Below are positions 50,480-62,149 of a DNA stretch of 64,000 nucleotides, piece after piece (position 1 is the first letter of the stretch; each line of letters opens with the position of its first letter). The position numbers and the translations under genes are program-made. The notes below the pieces were generated by a model. It was not told the DNA's origin, searched no databases, and was given only the letters and a program-made list of their open reading frames with translations. This DNA comes from Aplysia californica (lineage: Eukaryota). Location of the stretch: the NCBI RefSeq assembly GCF_000002075.1, contig NW_004797336.1, positions 34,315-98,314 on the forward strand, given 5' to 3'.

Positions 50480-50845
50480 AGGCTAACTTCTTAGTATTAA
50501 CATTATTCCTTTTCTATCCCCTTTTCTGTACACCATTCTCTGTGACTGTGACTCTTCCTCATGCTCCACGTGGCCCTCCTCTTGATCTGTTACCCTGTAG
50601 ATTCCAATCACGTTCTTTGTCACATATGTCTGCAGCTGCCCGACTTCCTGATCCTGAGAGTACGGTATGTTCAATCCATCGCCACGGCCTTCTTTCCTCT
50701 TTATCAGACTGAGCTCTGTCTTGTTTTCCTAATACGTCTCCGTTGGTGACTCTGGCCATGTGTTTCTGAGTAATTTTCTCAGACAGACGCACGTTGATGA
50801 AAACTTGGATCATCTTTATTACGCAAGTCTCAAATTGTTCCATGG
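50480..50845 (-). mobile_element. Old RTE LINE 3' fragment
   Basis: IQVFIN...RVTNGDVL...RPWRWIEHT...WNLQGNRSRGGPR parallels the RTE C-terminus at 45813-46150. Confidence 0.7.
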
Positions 50846-51699
50846 CACTTTAATACATTGTATAGATCTAACAAGGCTGACGTTACATGAGTTTTAAAAA
50901 CCCTTCTTTGTGCTGAACATGGTATCTTTAGTCCTTCAAATCCTGTTATAATTCTTTGCTCGCCTAAGAGCTATCTATGACATGACACCCGCACCTATGA
51001 CCGTGGGGGTGGGGGGGGGGGGGGGTGCACACACAAAGCAAGTTACTTACAATAATAAGCCTATTATATTTTCGCACATCTCTTCTTTTATTGTTACCGG
51101 TACATTAAGCGCCAAACCTTATTAATTTATAGGGTAAACTGGTATACCCTGCAAGCTATCATGACTAAAACAAAATAAATAGCGCAACTCCAAAGTCGAT
51201 CTAACCATGGTAAGATTGTCTAATCACTTTCTAACCTTATTCCCTGTAGTCATGATATAGATAGGCCTATTTAGATTTCATTTTATATCAATGTAAGTGA
51301 TCAATTCCACTTACTTGTTCCAAAGATGTTTTCCATGACGTGGTTCTAGCATCCACCAATTTTTAAGCACTCTCTCTTATCTAATTCTAATGGTTTATAA
51401 ATTTTTTAATAATTGCATTTATATTTACATTGTGCATCCATGCTTCATAGCATGCTTTGTGCCGAGTGCCGACTTGTTTTAAAGACCATATATTACTTTT
51501 TATTATTATTAATTATATCCAAGGCAATCACCTGTACAAACAACAATTACTTCACCTTCCCCCTTGCATTCTTCATACACACATTATAGGATATTTTCAA
51601 GAGGACCACTCATCTACAATAATGTACTAAGGTGTCCACTTTTCTTCTCGACAATGAATGGTAGTCTTGGACGCATTTGCATCCTGTAAGCTTACGTAC

Positions 51700-51828
51700 G
51701 GCCTGTGCCCACTACAGCTGGATCGGGCCCATCGCCCGACTCGATCGCCTGAAACTGAAAACAAACACGTTTGTTTTTGAGGCGATCGAGTCGGGCGATC
51801 GGCCCGATCGGCCGATCACGTCCGTAGT
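51700..51828. mobile_element. Short hairpin-type MITE
   Basis: 29/30-bp inverted repeat 51721-51750 / 51780-51809 plus an inner AAAACAAAC/GTTTGTTTT stem. Confidence 0.6.
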
Positions 51829-53320
51829 ATTATTGACTAATTTCTGGAATGATCGATCGGAAGGTAAGCCTGTTTAGGCTGGGGAAGTAGCTCCTCTATA
51901 GAACTGCTATGTAGCAACAAGTTATACTTGTAGTCCGTTGGAGTCCACTCTCGACGGGTTTATGTCACCAGAATTACCGCTTACTTTGTCCAGGGTTTGG
52001 TAAATGTAGATGATAATAATNNNNNNNNNNNNNNNNNNNNNNNNNNNNNNNNNNNNNNNNNNNNNNNNNNNNNNNNNNNNNNNNNNNNNNNNNNNNNNNN
52101 NNNNNNNNNNNNNNNNNNNNNNNNNNNNNNNNNNNNNNNNNNNNNNNNNNNNNNNGAAGCTGCTAGTGCAGGAAAGGGAAGAAATTAGGTGAAAGTGTTC
52201 GTGGCCAATACAAAACAATTATACATCATGTAGAATACTGTGATGATGATGCAAAATGTCGTAGGCCCATCGGCCTAGACTCCTCAAAATAGAATAAATA
52301 AGCTAGATCTAGATATTTATAAGGGAACGGTTTTCAAAGTGAAAGACACGATCTGGCCGATAGATCCACTCCACAATGATCGAGACACCAGAAAACAGAA
52401 ACGTAGGACGTAGCAGCATTTAGATTTTACGTCATATAGGCAAACATTCTTTTTTTTTTTTTTTTTTAGTCATCGTTGGATTATCAGAATTCGTTTGAGG
52501 GACTAGTAGCAGGTGTTCCCAGTTACAAGCAAATTTTGAGTTCGAATCTGATTGTTGTTGGAATTATGCTTAACTTTATTAAACATGGGAGCCTTACAGT
52601 GGGCCCCGATATGGGCCTTGTATGGAAATTAATTATTTTTCATAGGACTTTTTGTGTAATTTGTGCAGTCCTTTGTGATTGTTTAAAAAGAGAAAAAGAG
52701 CAGACCTGCACGTGTCGTGACCGTAGCATGACGATGTATTATGTATTAATATTATATCAATGTACATGTACTTAAATTGCCAACACCTGGAAATAGTTAG
52801 ATTGGCCTTCCTGGTACTCTGAGTAGGTCTAGTCAAGATTCGAAGGGGGCGGGGGTTAATTACCAGTGCAAAGTTTTGAATATCTCTAGTCGAGGATGCA
52901 TAGAGTTTCGTCTTGATCTAGATTTCTTCTAGAATCTAGATCTAGGTGCGGCCGGAATTAAACGTGAGAAAGTAAACAGTTGCCAGTAATAACACGTAGA
53001 TCTAACACTGTTTGCTGTAGTGTTGACAATTAATTATTACTACTACGATAAGTATAACAGTATGGTGTTATTTCAAAACGAACGTGGGAAAGGGGAGGGA
53101 TTTTTTTGGGTTTTTTTGGGGGGGGGGCATGGAAGAAGTTGTGAAGATTAACAAATAAAGGTAATTATGAAACCCCAGTATAGGCTTAGTAAAAAGAGAA
53201 AAGCAGAATCAAACACACTGCCCTACTCGATGAAGCCATGCAACGAAATTCAGTGTTTGTTTTTGTTTCGGGGTCACCACTGGGTCAATTCGAGCAAGTT
53301 GTGTCCCTTCACCAGGGTAA

Positions 53321-53371
53321 CGGAAGTGCCACGTGTGTCGCTGTCATCAAACAGTAGTAAAGATGGCGGCC
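53321..53371 (+). promoter_or_regulatory. Housekeeping-type proximal promoter/5' leader of SCFD1: ETS (CGGAAGTG), E-box (CACGTG), YY1 (AAGATGGCGGC overlapping the ATG)
   Basis: Motifs at 53321-53328, 53330-53335 and 53360-53370, immediately before or over the start codon. Confidence 0.6.
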
Positions 53372-55276
53372 ACCTTGTTGGAAAAGCAAATAGCAGCCCT
53401 AAAGCGTATGCTCAACTTCAATTTACCACAAACTAAAGCCACAAACGCCGAACCACAATGGAAGGTTCTAATTTACGACAGGTTTGGGCAAGACATCATT
53501 TCGCCTCTTCTGACTGTGAAAGAATTGCGAGATATGGGTGTAACGTTGCATTTGACGCTTCACTCGGATCGAGATCCGATACCAGACGTTCCTGCTATTT
53601 ACTTTGTGATGCCCACCGATGATAATATCCAGCGCATTTGTAGAGACTTTCAGAACCAACTTTACGAGTCATACTATCTCAACTTCATTTCTGCAATTTC
53701 AAGGCAAAAACTGGAGGACATTGCCCAGGCTGCGTTGCAAGCAAATGCAGTTCAACAAGTCTCAAAAGTTTTTGATCAGAATTTGAATTTCATTTCGCTT
53801 GAAGATGAACTGTTTACTCTACGCCACCAAGACAGAGACTCAATTTCATACTATGCCATCAGCAAAGGGGATGTTAAGGACACTGAAATGGAAGCGATCA
53901 TGGATAGCATTGTGGATAGCTTGTTTTCAGTTTTTGTGACACTAAGTGTAGTGCCAATTATTCGTTGCCCAAGAGGCAATGCTGCTGAAATGGTTGCAGA
54001 AAAATTAGATAAAAAGCTTCGAAAAAATCTGATAGATACCAGAAACAGCCTGTTTGCATCTGATGGTGTCCCTGGACAATTCAGCTTCCAAAGACCACTT
54101 CTTGTCATTTTAGATAGGAACATAGATTTGGCAACCATGCTTCATCATACATGGACTTATCAGGCGCTGAGTCATGATGTTTTAGATTTAAAATTGAATC
54201 GTGTGGAGATTGAAGAAATAATTGATGAGGGACCAAGTGCAAATTCTCCAACAAGAAAACCTAGGACAAAGAAAAAGACTTACGATCTTTCATCTAAAGA
54301 CAAGTTTTGGGTAAGTCAGAAGGGCAACCCTTTCCCCGAAGTGGCTGAGGCAGTGCAGGAAGAGTTAAATGCTTACAGACAGGAAGAGGGGGAGGTTAAG
54401 AAACTGAAAGCTGCTTTAGGCCTTAAAGGTGAAGATGATGCAGCTATAAGCATGCTGTCTGACAATACTGCTCGTCTTACGTCTGCTGTCACTTCTCTTC
54501 CAGAACTGTTAGAAAAAAAGCGCCTGATTGATATGCACATGAATATTGCCACTGCTCTCCTTGATCAGATTAAAGCACGGAAATTAGATTCGTACTTTGA
54601 AACAGAGGAGAAAATGATGAGTAAAGCTACTCTGAACAAATCCTTGATGGACATGATATCTGATCCTGAAGCTGGTAAACCAGAAGACAAAGTTCGTTTG
54701 TTCATCATTGCTATGATCTGTGGACCACCCATGTCTGAGGCAGAAATTGATCAGTACTGCGTAGCCCTTCAAGCGGCAAACTGTGACATATCATCTGTCC
54801 AGTACGTCCGTCGTTGGAAGTCATACTCGAAACTTCAGGCCCCTGCCAGCCAGTACACGGGTGGCGGCATCAGCTCGACTAGCATGTTCTCAGGACTTCT
54901 CTCTAAAGGTTCTCAGTTTGTCATGGAAGGTGTGAAAAATTTAGTTGTGAAAGGTCACAATCTGCCCACCACTCGAATCGTCGATGCTCTGATGGAGTTG
55001 AAATCTTTGCCTGATGTTGAAGATTACCTGTACTTTGACCCGAAACTGCTTCGAGCAGATGCTTCGTCTACACCTCGCAACAAATCTCCTTTCCAGGAAG
55101 CCTATGTTTTTGTTGTTGGTGGAGGAAACTATATTGAATTTCAGAATCTAATGGATTATGTTCGCTCAAAGGCCACACCAACAATGCAGAAGAAGATTGT
55201 GTACGGTTGTAGTGACCTTGTGAATGCTGCTCAATTTTTGAAACAGCTCTCTCACTTGGGACAAGAAATGTCATAA
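53363..55276 (+). CDS. SCFD1: Sec1 family domain-containing protein 1 (Sly1 homolog), 637 aa, intronless
   Basis: Uninterrupted ORF with Sly1/SCFD1 motifs: ALKRMLNFN, WKVLIYDRFGQDIISPLLTVKELRDMGVTLH, VPIIRCPRGNAAEMVA, RPLLVILDRNIDLATMLHHTWTYQAL, LPELLEKKRLIDMHMNIAT, VFVVGGGNYIEFQNL. Confidence 0.96.
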   Translation: MAATLLEKQIAALKRMLNFNLPQTKATNAEPQWKVLIYDRFGQDIISPLLTVKELRDMGVTLHLTLHSDRDPIPDVPAIYFVMPTDDNIQRICRDFQNQLYESYYLNFISAISRQKLEDIAQAALQANAVQQVSKVFDQNLNFISLEDELFTLRHQDRDSISYYAISKGDVKDTEMEAIMDSIVDSLFSVFVTLSVVPIIRCPRGNAAEMVAEKLDKKLRKNLIDTRNSLFASDGVPGQFSFQRPLLVILDRNIDLATMLHHTWTYQALSHDVLDLKLNRVEIEEIIDEGPSANSPTRKPRTKKKTYDLSSKDKFWVSQKGNPFPEVAEAVQEELNAYRQEEGEVKKLKAALGLKGEDDAAISMLSDNTARLTSAVTSLPELLEKKRLIDMHMNIATALLDQIKARKLDSYFETEEKMMSKATLNKSLMDMISDPEAGKPEDKVRLFIIAMICGPPMSEAEIDQYCVALQAANCDISSVQYVRRWKSYSKLQAPASQYTGGGISSTSMFSGLLSKGSQFVMEGVKNLVVKGHNLPTTRIVDALMELKSLPDVEDYLYFDPKLLRADASSTPRNKSPFQEAYVFVVGGGNYIEFQNLMDYVRSKATPTMQKKIVYGCSDLVNAAQFLKQLSHLGQEMS

Positions 55277-55911
55277 TTTTTTCTTTTCTTTTCAATTTCA
55301 CAAAAACACCAGTTCCATTAGCTGTGGAGAATTTGTCACTCCTTTTTTTAGTCATGAAAGCGGCTAATGTGAAAGAATTGAGTTGAAATTACTGGGCTGG
55401 GTTGTTGTTTTTGGGTTGTTTGTTTTTTTTGTTCTATGAACTGTTTTTGTTTGAGAATTTATATTATAATGTCATTTTTAATTTTTGTTGCCGTTGCACT
55501 CTTCAATAGAACAGATAGTTTAGGCTACCATGTTCACTTCTTCTTATAAAAATAGGGTTGTGCTTGAAGAAAGACTGAATGTATATGATGAGGAATCAGG
55601 GGTCGCTTAATTTGAATACGGTAGAATTTTCAGATTTCAATCTCTCACCTTTTTTCACTAACCCCCATTTTTGTTTTCTACTAGCTTTAAAAATGTTTTG
55701 TTGTGTGGTTAAATTTAAATGAGTATTCTGTGTGTGTACATATGCTTCAAAGGGGTTGGGGTGTTGAATATAATGTCTGCACATGACTGTCTGACTCATA
55801 CTTTAAGTGGACTACACTTTTCAAATTAAATATTGTGTGTGTGAAATCATAAATTACTTTAACTATAATAGTTGTAATGGTTTTGGTCATCAACCCGGTG
55901 GCTCACAAGTA

Positions 55912-56887
55912 CAGTATTCTCCACATAAACGCACTCTCCGCTCGAACGCACGCTTTTGACAGATGGGTATTTTACTTTATAATTAAGACGTTTAAATGCA
56001 CGTTCACTCCTTCTAAACGCACACTCTGATCCGCGGAACACACCGACAGGTAAAACTTGACAGGGGGAAATTCTCACTACAACCTGCACAGCTTGCATTA
56101 TAAGACAAGTCTAGAAAACTGGATATTTCACGAGACTGCCCCTCACACCGAACAAAGAGCAGGTGTGGATAGCGTTTTCACACCCGACTTTCCACCGACA
56201 CATAGGTGTAGGACTGGTCGGTGAAATGTTGGGGGACTGAAATGTTTTTGATTGGTCACTGGAAATTAATCTTTGAGAGAAGGTTTCTGACTGTTGTGTG
56301 GGTGACTGCATGTAATGTTTAGTTAGGCCTAGACGTAGGCCTATGATGTGCAACGCACGTGAATACTGTAATACACTAGAGAGCCTAGAAGGATTAAAGA
56401 TAGTCAAGTAGCCTAATCAGCTGCTTTCGAAGAACTCATCTTGTTCAACGAATCACAATAGGAAAGTTTCACTGAATGTAGAGATCTATGATTCTGATGT
56501 CGTCCATGAATTTACGAGTGAGGGCGGTCGCTTGGAAAGCCATGTGGCTGGGCCGTTGTCTCTATGACTATCACCAACAGTTTTCTTTTAGGCTATTTGT
56601 TCCCGACATTTTATGGTGCATTCATTGCATTGAATCTGTCTTTCTTACCCCCCACCCATTCAATAGCTGTATTCTTAACCGCAGTCGTGGAATCCGTCAC
56701 GAAAGAGTCACGAGTCGTCACATTATCGGCCAGTGACCCCATCCCATAGGGGGGTCACTAAAATATCAAGGCAATAAGATGAATGCGTCCCTTTCTCCCT
56801 TTGCAAAGGTTCATGTAAACGCACGCTCAGTATAAACACACGCTAAGGAACCCTCCCGAGCCCTGTGCGTTTAGGCGGAGACAACTG
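55912..56887. mobile_element. pogo/Tigger-like MITE, copy 1
   Basis: TA|CAGTATTCTCCACATAAACGCAC...GTGCGTTTAGGCGGAGACAACTG|TA; colinear with copy 2. Confidence 0.8.
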
Positions 56888-58006
56888 TAATTCTTGTGTG
56901 CGAGACAAACGAGTGTCGATTTCAACCGTCTTGATTGAAGAGACGTTAAAAATAAAGTGTGTAGTCTTGGCCCTGTATGTTTCTGGAGGCCCTTTTCATC
57001 ATGTGATGAAATTATTGCCAAATTTGATGATTGTATTAATTATTAAGTTTTGTATGTGACGGGAGACAATGACATGCATGTTTGTCACATTGTTGTAAAT
57101 GTCACTGCCTTACTCTTACCTGACATAGCTGTATTAGAGTTCTGTCTATTCAACTATATTTTTCTCATGATATAAAGCCTGCCCATCTGCAGGAATTTTT
57201 TGTCACCTTTTGTGATCTTTGCTTTTCTCAAACCACCTTTCTTGCAAAGTACAAAAGACCTATTTTATGTAATCTCAGTTTTGTCGGACTAGTACTAGTA
57301 TTACTGTGCAAGCAGGTCAAGAGCTGTCTTTGTGGGATACAACAACTTTTGCTGCATCTTGCCTTTGCTCTTGGTAGGTTTGGAAAATGAAGTGTGCGTT
57401 CAGTAGCAGAAACCTGCACTGAGAGATGCAAATTTTTATAAGGAGATTAATAAAGTCTACCATCCATAGAGCACAGTGTGCTTATTTTTAAATTACGAAT
57501 CATACTTTCAGGAAAAGGCTTGTGTATTGAAAAGTACTCGTAACGTCCTTACAGTGTACATGATTTGTGTCCATTTGCTTCCGTTTTATGTCTATTTTTT
57601 TGTAGGTCAGATGATCCAAGACAACATGCCTTGGCTGCATGTTGTATTTTTTTCTTCACAAAACAATTGTAAATTTGCTGGAAATGGGCAGGTGTGTGAC
57701 AATTTTAAATAGGAATGCCTTACTTTTTATTCACCCTTTTGGATAGTTACGCTACCATGTCAGTCTCGTATTAAATTTGATAGAAACTTTGAAGCGAAAA
57801 GTTATTTATTGTCCAATGGGAACAAAATGTTGGCCCTGGACTGTAATGAGATTCTTTCACAGTGTAACAAGTGTTTCAATTCATCTTCTCAACTTGTCAT
57901 AGGTTATTTTTTACTAGATAAAGGTTCTTGATTCATGTTTCATGTTAATTTCTATTTTTTAAAAAGATTTGATGATTTAGCTGATATAGTGTGAGAGATT
58001 ATCATA

Positions 58007-58865
58007 CAGTAGTCTCCACCTAAATGCACGCCATACAAAAGCACACTCCGCTCATACGCTCGTTTTCGTCATCTGACATGTTTTTGACTATATAATTTGG
58101 ACGTACAAACGCATGACCACTCTCTCTAAACGCTGGCTCCGATCTTCGAAACACGCCGACAGGTAAAGCTTGACTAAGGGAAATTTTCACTATGTACAAC
58201 AAGCCTAGAAAACCGGATATTTGGCGAGACTGCCCCTTACGTCGAACAAAGAGTGATGGACAGCGTTTTCCCACCCTACTTTCCACAGACACATAGGTCT
58301 AGGACTCTCTTAGACTTGTCGGTGAAATGTTGGGGGGTTGGGAGACTGAAACGTTATTTGATTGGTCACTGGAAATGCATCTCTTTTGAGAGAAGGTTTA
58401 TGACTGGTGTTTGAGTGACTGCATGTTGGTTAATGTTTAGTTAGACCTAAGCCTATGATGCGCAACACGCATGAATGCTCGTTCATGAAATTACGGTCGG
58501 GGGTGGTCGCTTGGAAAGCCATGTGGCTGGGCTGTCATCTCTATGACTATCACCAACAATTTCTTTTCAGGCTATTGGTTCCTGACATCTTATTGTTCCT
58601 TCATTACATCAAGTCTGTCTTTCTGCCCCCCCCACACACACACACACCCATTCAACGCTTTTGTTTTCTTAACCGCAGTCAGGGAATCTTTTACAAAACA
58701 GTCACTTGTCACATTATCGGCCAAAGTGACCCCCACCCCAAAGGGAGGTAACTAGTATATCAAGGCATTGAGATGACTGCGTCCCTTCCTCCCTTTTGCT
58801 AAGGTTCATGTAAACGCACGCTATGGAGCCCTCCCGAGCACCGTGTATTTAGGCGGAGACTACTG
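58007..58865. mobile_element. pogo/Tigger-like MITE, copy 2 (solo terminus also at 63205-63221)
   Basis: TA|CAGTAGTCTCCACCTAAATGCACG...CGTGTATTTAGGCGGAGACTACTG|TA. Confidence 0.8.
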
Positions 58866-61779
58866 TAGTTATTACTGAAAGTTATGTGTCTGTTGGTGGG
58901 TAAGACAAAGTGTGAATCCTTTGTACATTAGTGGGAGATTCTGCATTGTTTTACATGATGGAATCACGTACATACCTATTTATCTGTGTCACACATAAAA
59001 AATTAGGGTTTTTTTTCTTTTCCTGTGTAAGTACTACTATTGTCCCTGGACCAAGCAACGCAACTTCTAATTGACCTTTTTTTGTGACTGTTGTTAAAGT
59101 CATTAGAATATTCAAAAGTACACATAGTTTTAGTTTTATCACAATTTCATTGAGTTGCAATGGAAATTCAAGCTAGTTCAGAATTATGTGTTTTCATAAA
59201 GGCTATTGTCCAAACCTTTTATGGGCAACTAAGAACCGCTGTACCAGTTAATTAATTTGCTAACGTCAACAGAGAACTTTTGTTGTTTTTCTTAAATTAA
59301 ACAAGTCAATTTTGACTTAAAGCAGTGTGTAAAATCTAAGTCTGCCTGGTGGGTTTTCCTTTCTTGAGAGTGTTTGTCGCAAATGGAATGCTGGGTGTAT
59401 GGTTCTCGAAGTTGTCATAGTTTTCATTTAAAATTGAGAGAGCGTGTTCAGAGGCAAGATAACATAAGAGATGGCTACGTATTGGGTACAGTGGCCTCTG
59501 CCACAATGTACAGTGCTGCACAGTAGTATTTATCATATATATATATGTGTGTGTGCGTGTTATTATTATCTGTTAACAAGTGTGTCACGACATGGTGGAA
59601 TCAGGCACTCGTCAATGTTTTGGCACATATGGGTTTATTGGTATTCTAAAGCCTGTTAATTTGTGTTCCTTATGGGGGGAAAAAAATCCATAAAATATTA
59701 TAAATATGTCATAAAATCTTAAATAGAAATATTGAAATAAATGTCATTGAAGGAGGTCAGGGTCGCCTGGTTTCAGAGGTAAAATCAGCTAGAAAATGGC
59801 CGCCAAAGTTTGGTAACTTCCATAGCCTTAGACTTAGAGTCCTTGGAAACTGAAAATTTACATTTTTTGTGCCTTTAATCAATTTTTTTCAATAATGTCC
59901 ACACAGAAATGATTTCTTTATTTTGAAGAGCGCCGGATTTCACAACGATACCTCACAATTGTATCAATAATAATTGTTATTTATGAGGGATGAAATGTTT
60001 GGAAAGGATTTAGTGTACTCAAATATCCAGCTGTTTTTATTGTGATGTTACACGACTGAGTTGACTCTTTTAGGATTTATTTCTTAATTTTTTAATTCCA
60101 ACTGATTTTACAGAATTAAGTAAGACAGCGGAGTCCACTTAAACAGAAATCTGCGGAGCTTCCTGATTTCCTCAGGTTTAGCTGGGTTTGGGTTATAAGA
60201 AAGAGACTATAGAGGGTGCTAGAATAGATTAATAAGAAACGAACAAGTTTTTTTTTCTTCTTTTGGTTTACCTGTTTGCTGATGAATTGTATTCGGTTTA
60301 AGCAGACTCCACTGTTTACATAAAGTATTTGAGAAAAGGGACAGTTCCTTTAATTATACTTACATATGAGTACCAGTTGTATAGTGTATAGAGAATCGAT
60401 TTCACAAGAATTATTTCGACAATGTTGTTTTTTAAAATGTGTACGAGTATGCAGAGACAATTAGAATATTCTCTTGCAATCTTCGCTTCACAAGAGAATG
60501 TTAGGAGAGCGGTGTTAGATTTTTTTTCTCTCTTTCCTGTGTTCAGGAATGGAATCTTCTCGTTCTATAATTGGATTTTCATTTTTCGGTCATAGGTGTA
60601 AAATATGCATTTCAGGGGAAAGAATCGAACAAAAACGTGATGCAAGTGGTGTTGTCTTTCGACTCTTCATCATTGTTATGTGATTGTGCTTTTCGCTGGT
60701 TTATTTTGCTCACTCTTCAGCTGAATGTATTATTTTGCTTGGAATAGATTTATTGTGACATCTTATGTAGGCCAACAGAAATTCATTGGCTTTTTAAAAT
60801 GTTTTTGGAAGGAAAAGTAGGTTTCTGTAGTTCAGTGTATTGGATGATTACCTACTTAAATTGCCAGAGCTTTAGTTGAGGGTGATTCATTTATTAAATG
60901 TGTATTTTTGTTCATTTTGAAATGTACATTGTTTAGTAAACAAATGATTAACTTCATTTTATTGCTACTGTTACCGTAGCACAACAGCATTTCATCACAT
61001 TGGTTCTTCATCCAAGTCAAGTTTTGTTTCTTAAAAAAATATAGTCTTTTTTGTTTGGTTCTAAAGTCTGTTTTCTATGAACTGTCTGCAAGAGGAATCT
61101 TCTACATGCCCTTACACTACACATACTGATATAATGTTAACTCAGTATGAATCCGGGCTTGTTATACTCTTTTTCTAAAATACCAGCCCGAAAAGAATAT
61201 ATGGGCTACTGGGGATTGAGAAATGCCCTTTGTTGCTTGACACTCAATACTCTCTGACATCCATATGTTTGAAACAAGTGTGATGTCTCTTTCCCCTTTT
61301 CTTTTCTTGTGACTGTCAGTCTCTTTATTTTGGTGCACAGTCACAGGTTGGACAATTCATTTATTCACCAGTCTTTTGCCTTGATTAATGATTTTGATGT
61401 CCTTTGAGTTCTACTTTCTGGACTTGTGGTGAAGTTGTAGGTCAATACCTTGGTCAACTCAAGTTAACTGGGCAAGTTTTAGAGTAAATGTGATATCATG
61501 TGTAAACATTTGTGTGGCATTGTTTAACGAGTGAGTGAAAGAGAAAAGTACCGGTAGTAGTCCTACTGTTATTGTATGTTTTAGAACTGATGTATTTAAA
61601 ATTTCTCATTTTCCGTTGCCAAGTGTCATCATGTGATATTGTTGACCACTTTGTGGTCTATAGTAATGTGATGGGGATTGTAGTAGCTGTATTTACCTCA
61701 AGTCATTTTGTTCACATTTTGTCAGCCACAGACATGGACAGCCTCAATGATGGCAATCCTTGTTAATGCTATTGTTAGA

Positions 61780-62149
61780 CAGGCATGGGCAAATATGGCC
61801 CATGGACCAGATCCGGCTAGAGAGCAGTTTCAGTCTGGACAGTGAGTTGACCCATTGTTTGTAAATACGAATGTGGCCCGCGATGCGTTAATGATTATTT
61901 TTTTAACTGCGTGTCTTGAGAATTAAAATCTATGGTTTCTGTCATAGTTGGAAAAATGAGATATATATCTCTAATATCTTCTGAAATACTCTTGAGTGAT
62001 GTATTGCTATAGCATTGGTTTTAATTTCAGTGTTGAGGGCTTTGGTATTTCAACGGATGTCTCGAAATTTTCTCCTGCATTAGCTAGCCCCTGAGATATT
62101 CAGAATTGTTTTATCTGGCCCGGGTCTTGGACATGCTTGCCCATGCCTG
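61780..62149. mobile_element. hAT (Charlie-like) MITE
   Basis: 13-bp TIR CAGGCATGGGCAA / TTGCCCATGCCTG; subterminal TGGCCC motifs; degenerate 8-bp flanks TTGTTAGA / CTGTATGA. Confidence 0.7.

Noticed and set aside
53333-53362. ORF-track start of SCFD1 at 53333
   Set aside because: Non-ATG start inside the E-box; ATG 53363 (AAGATGG, MAATL) fits the family N-terminus.
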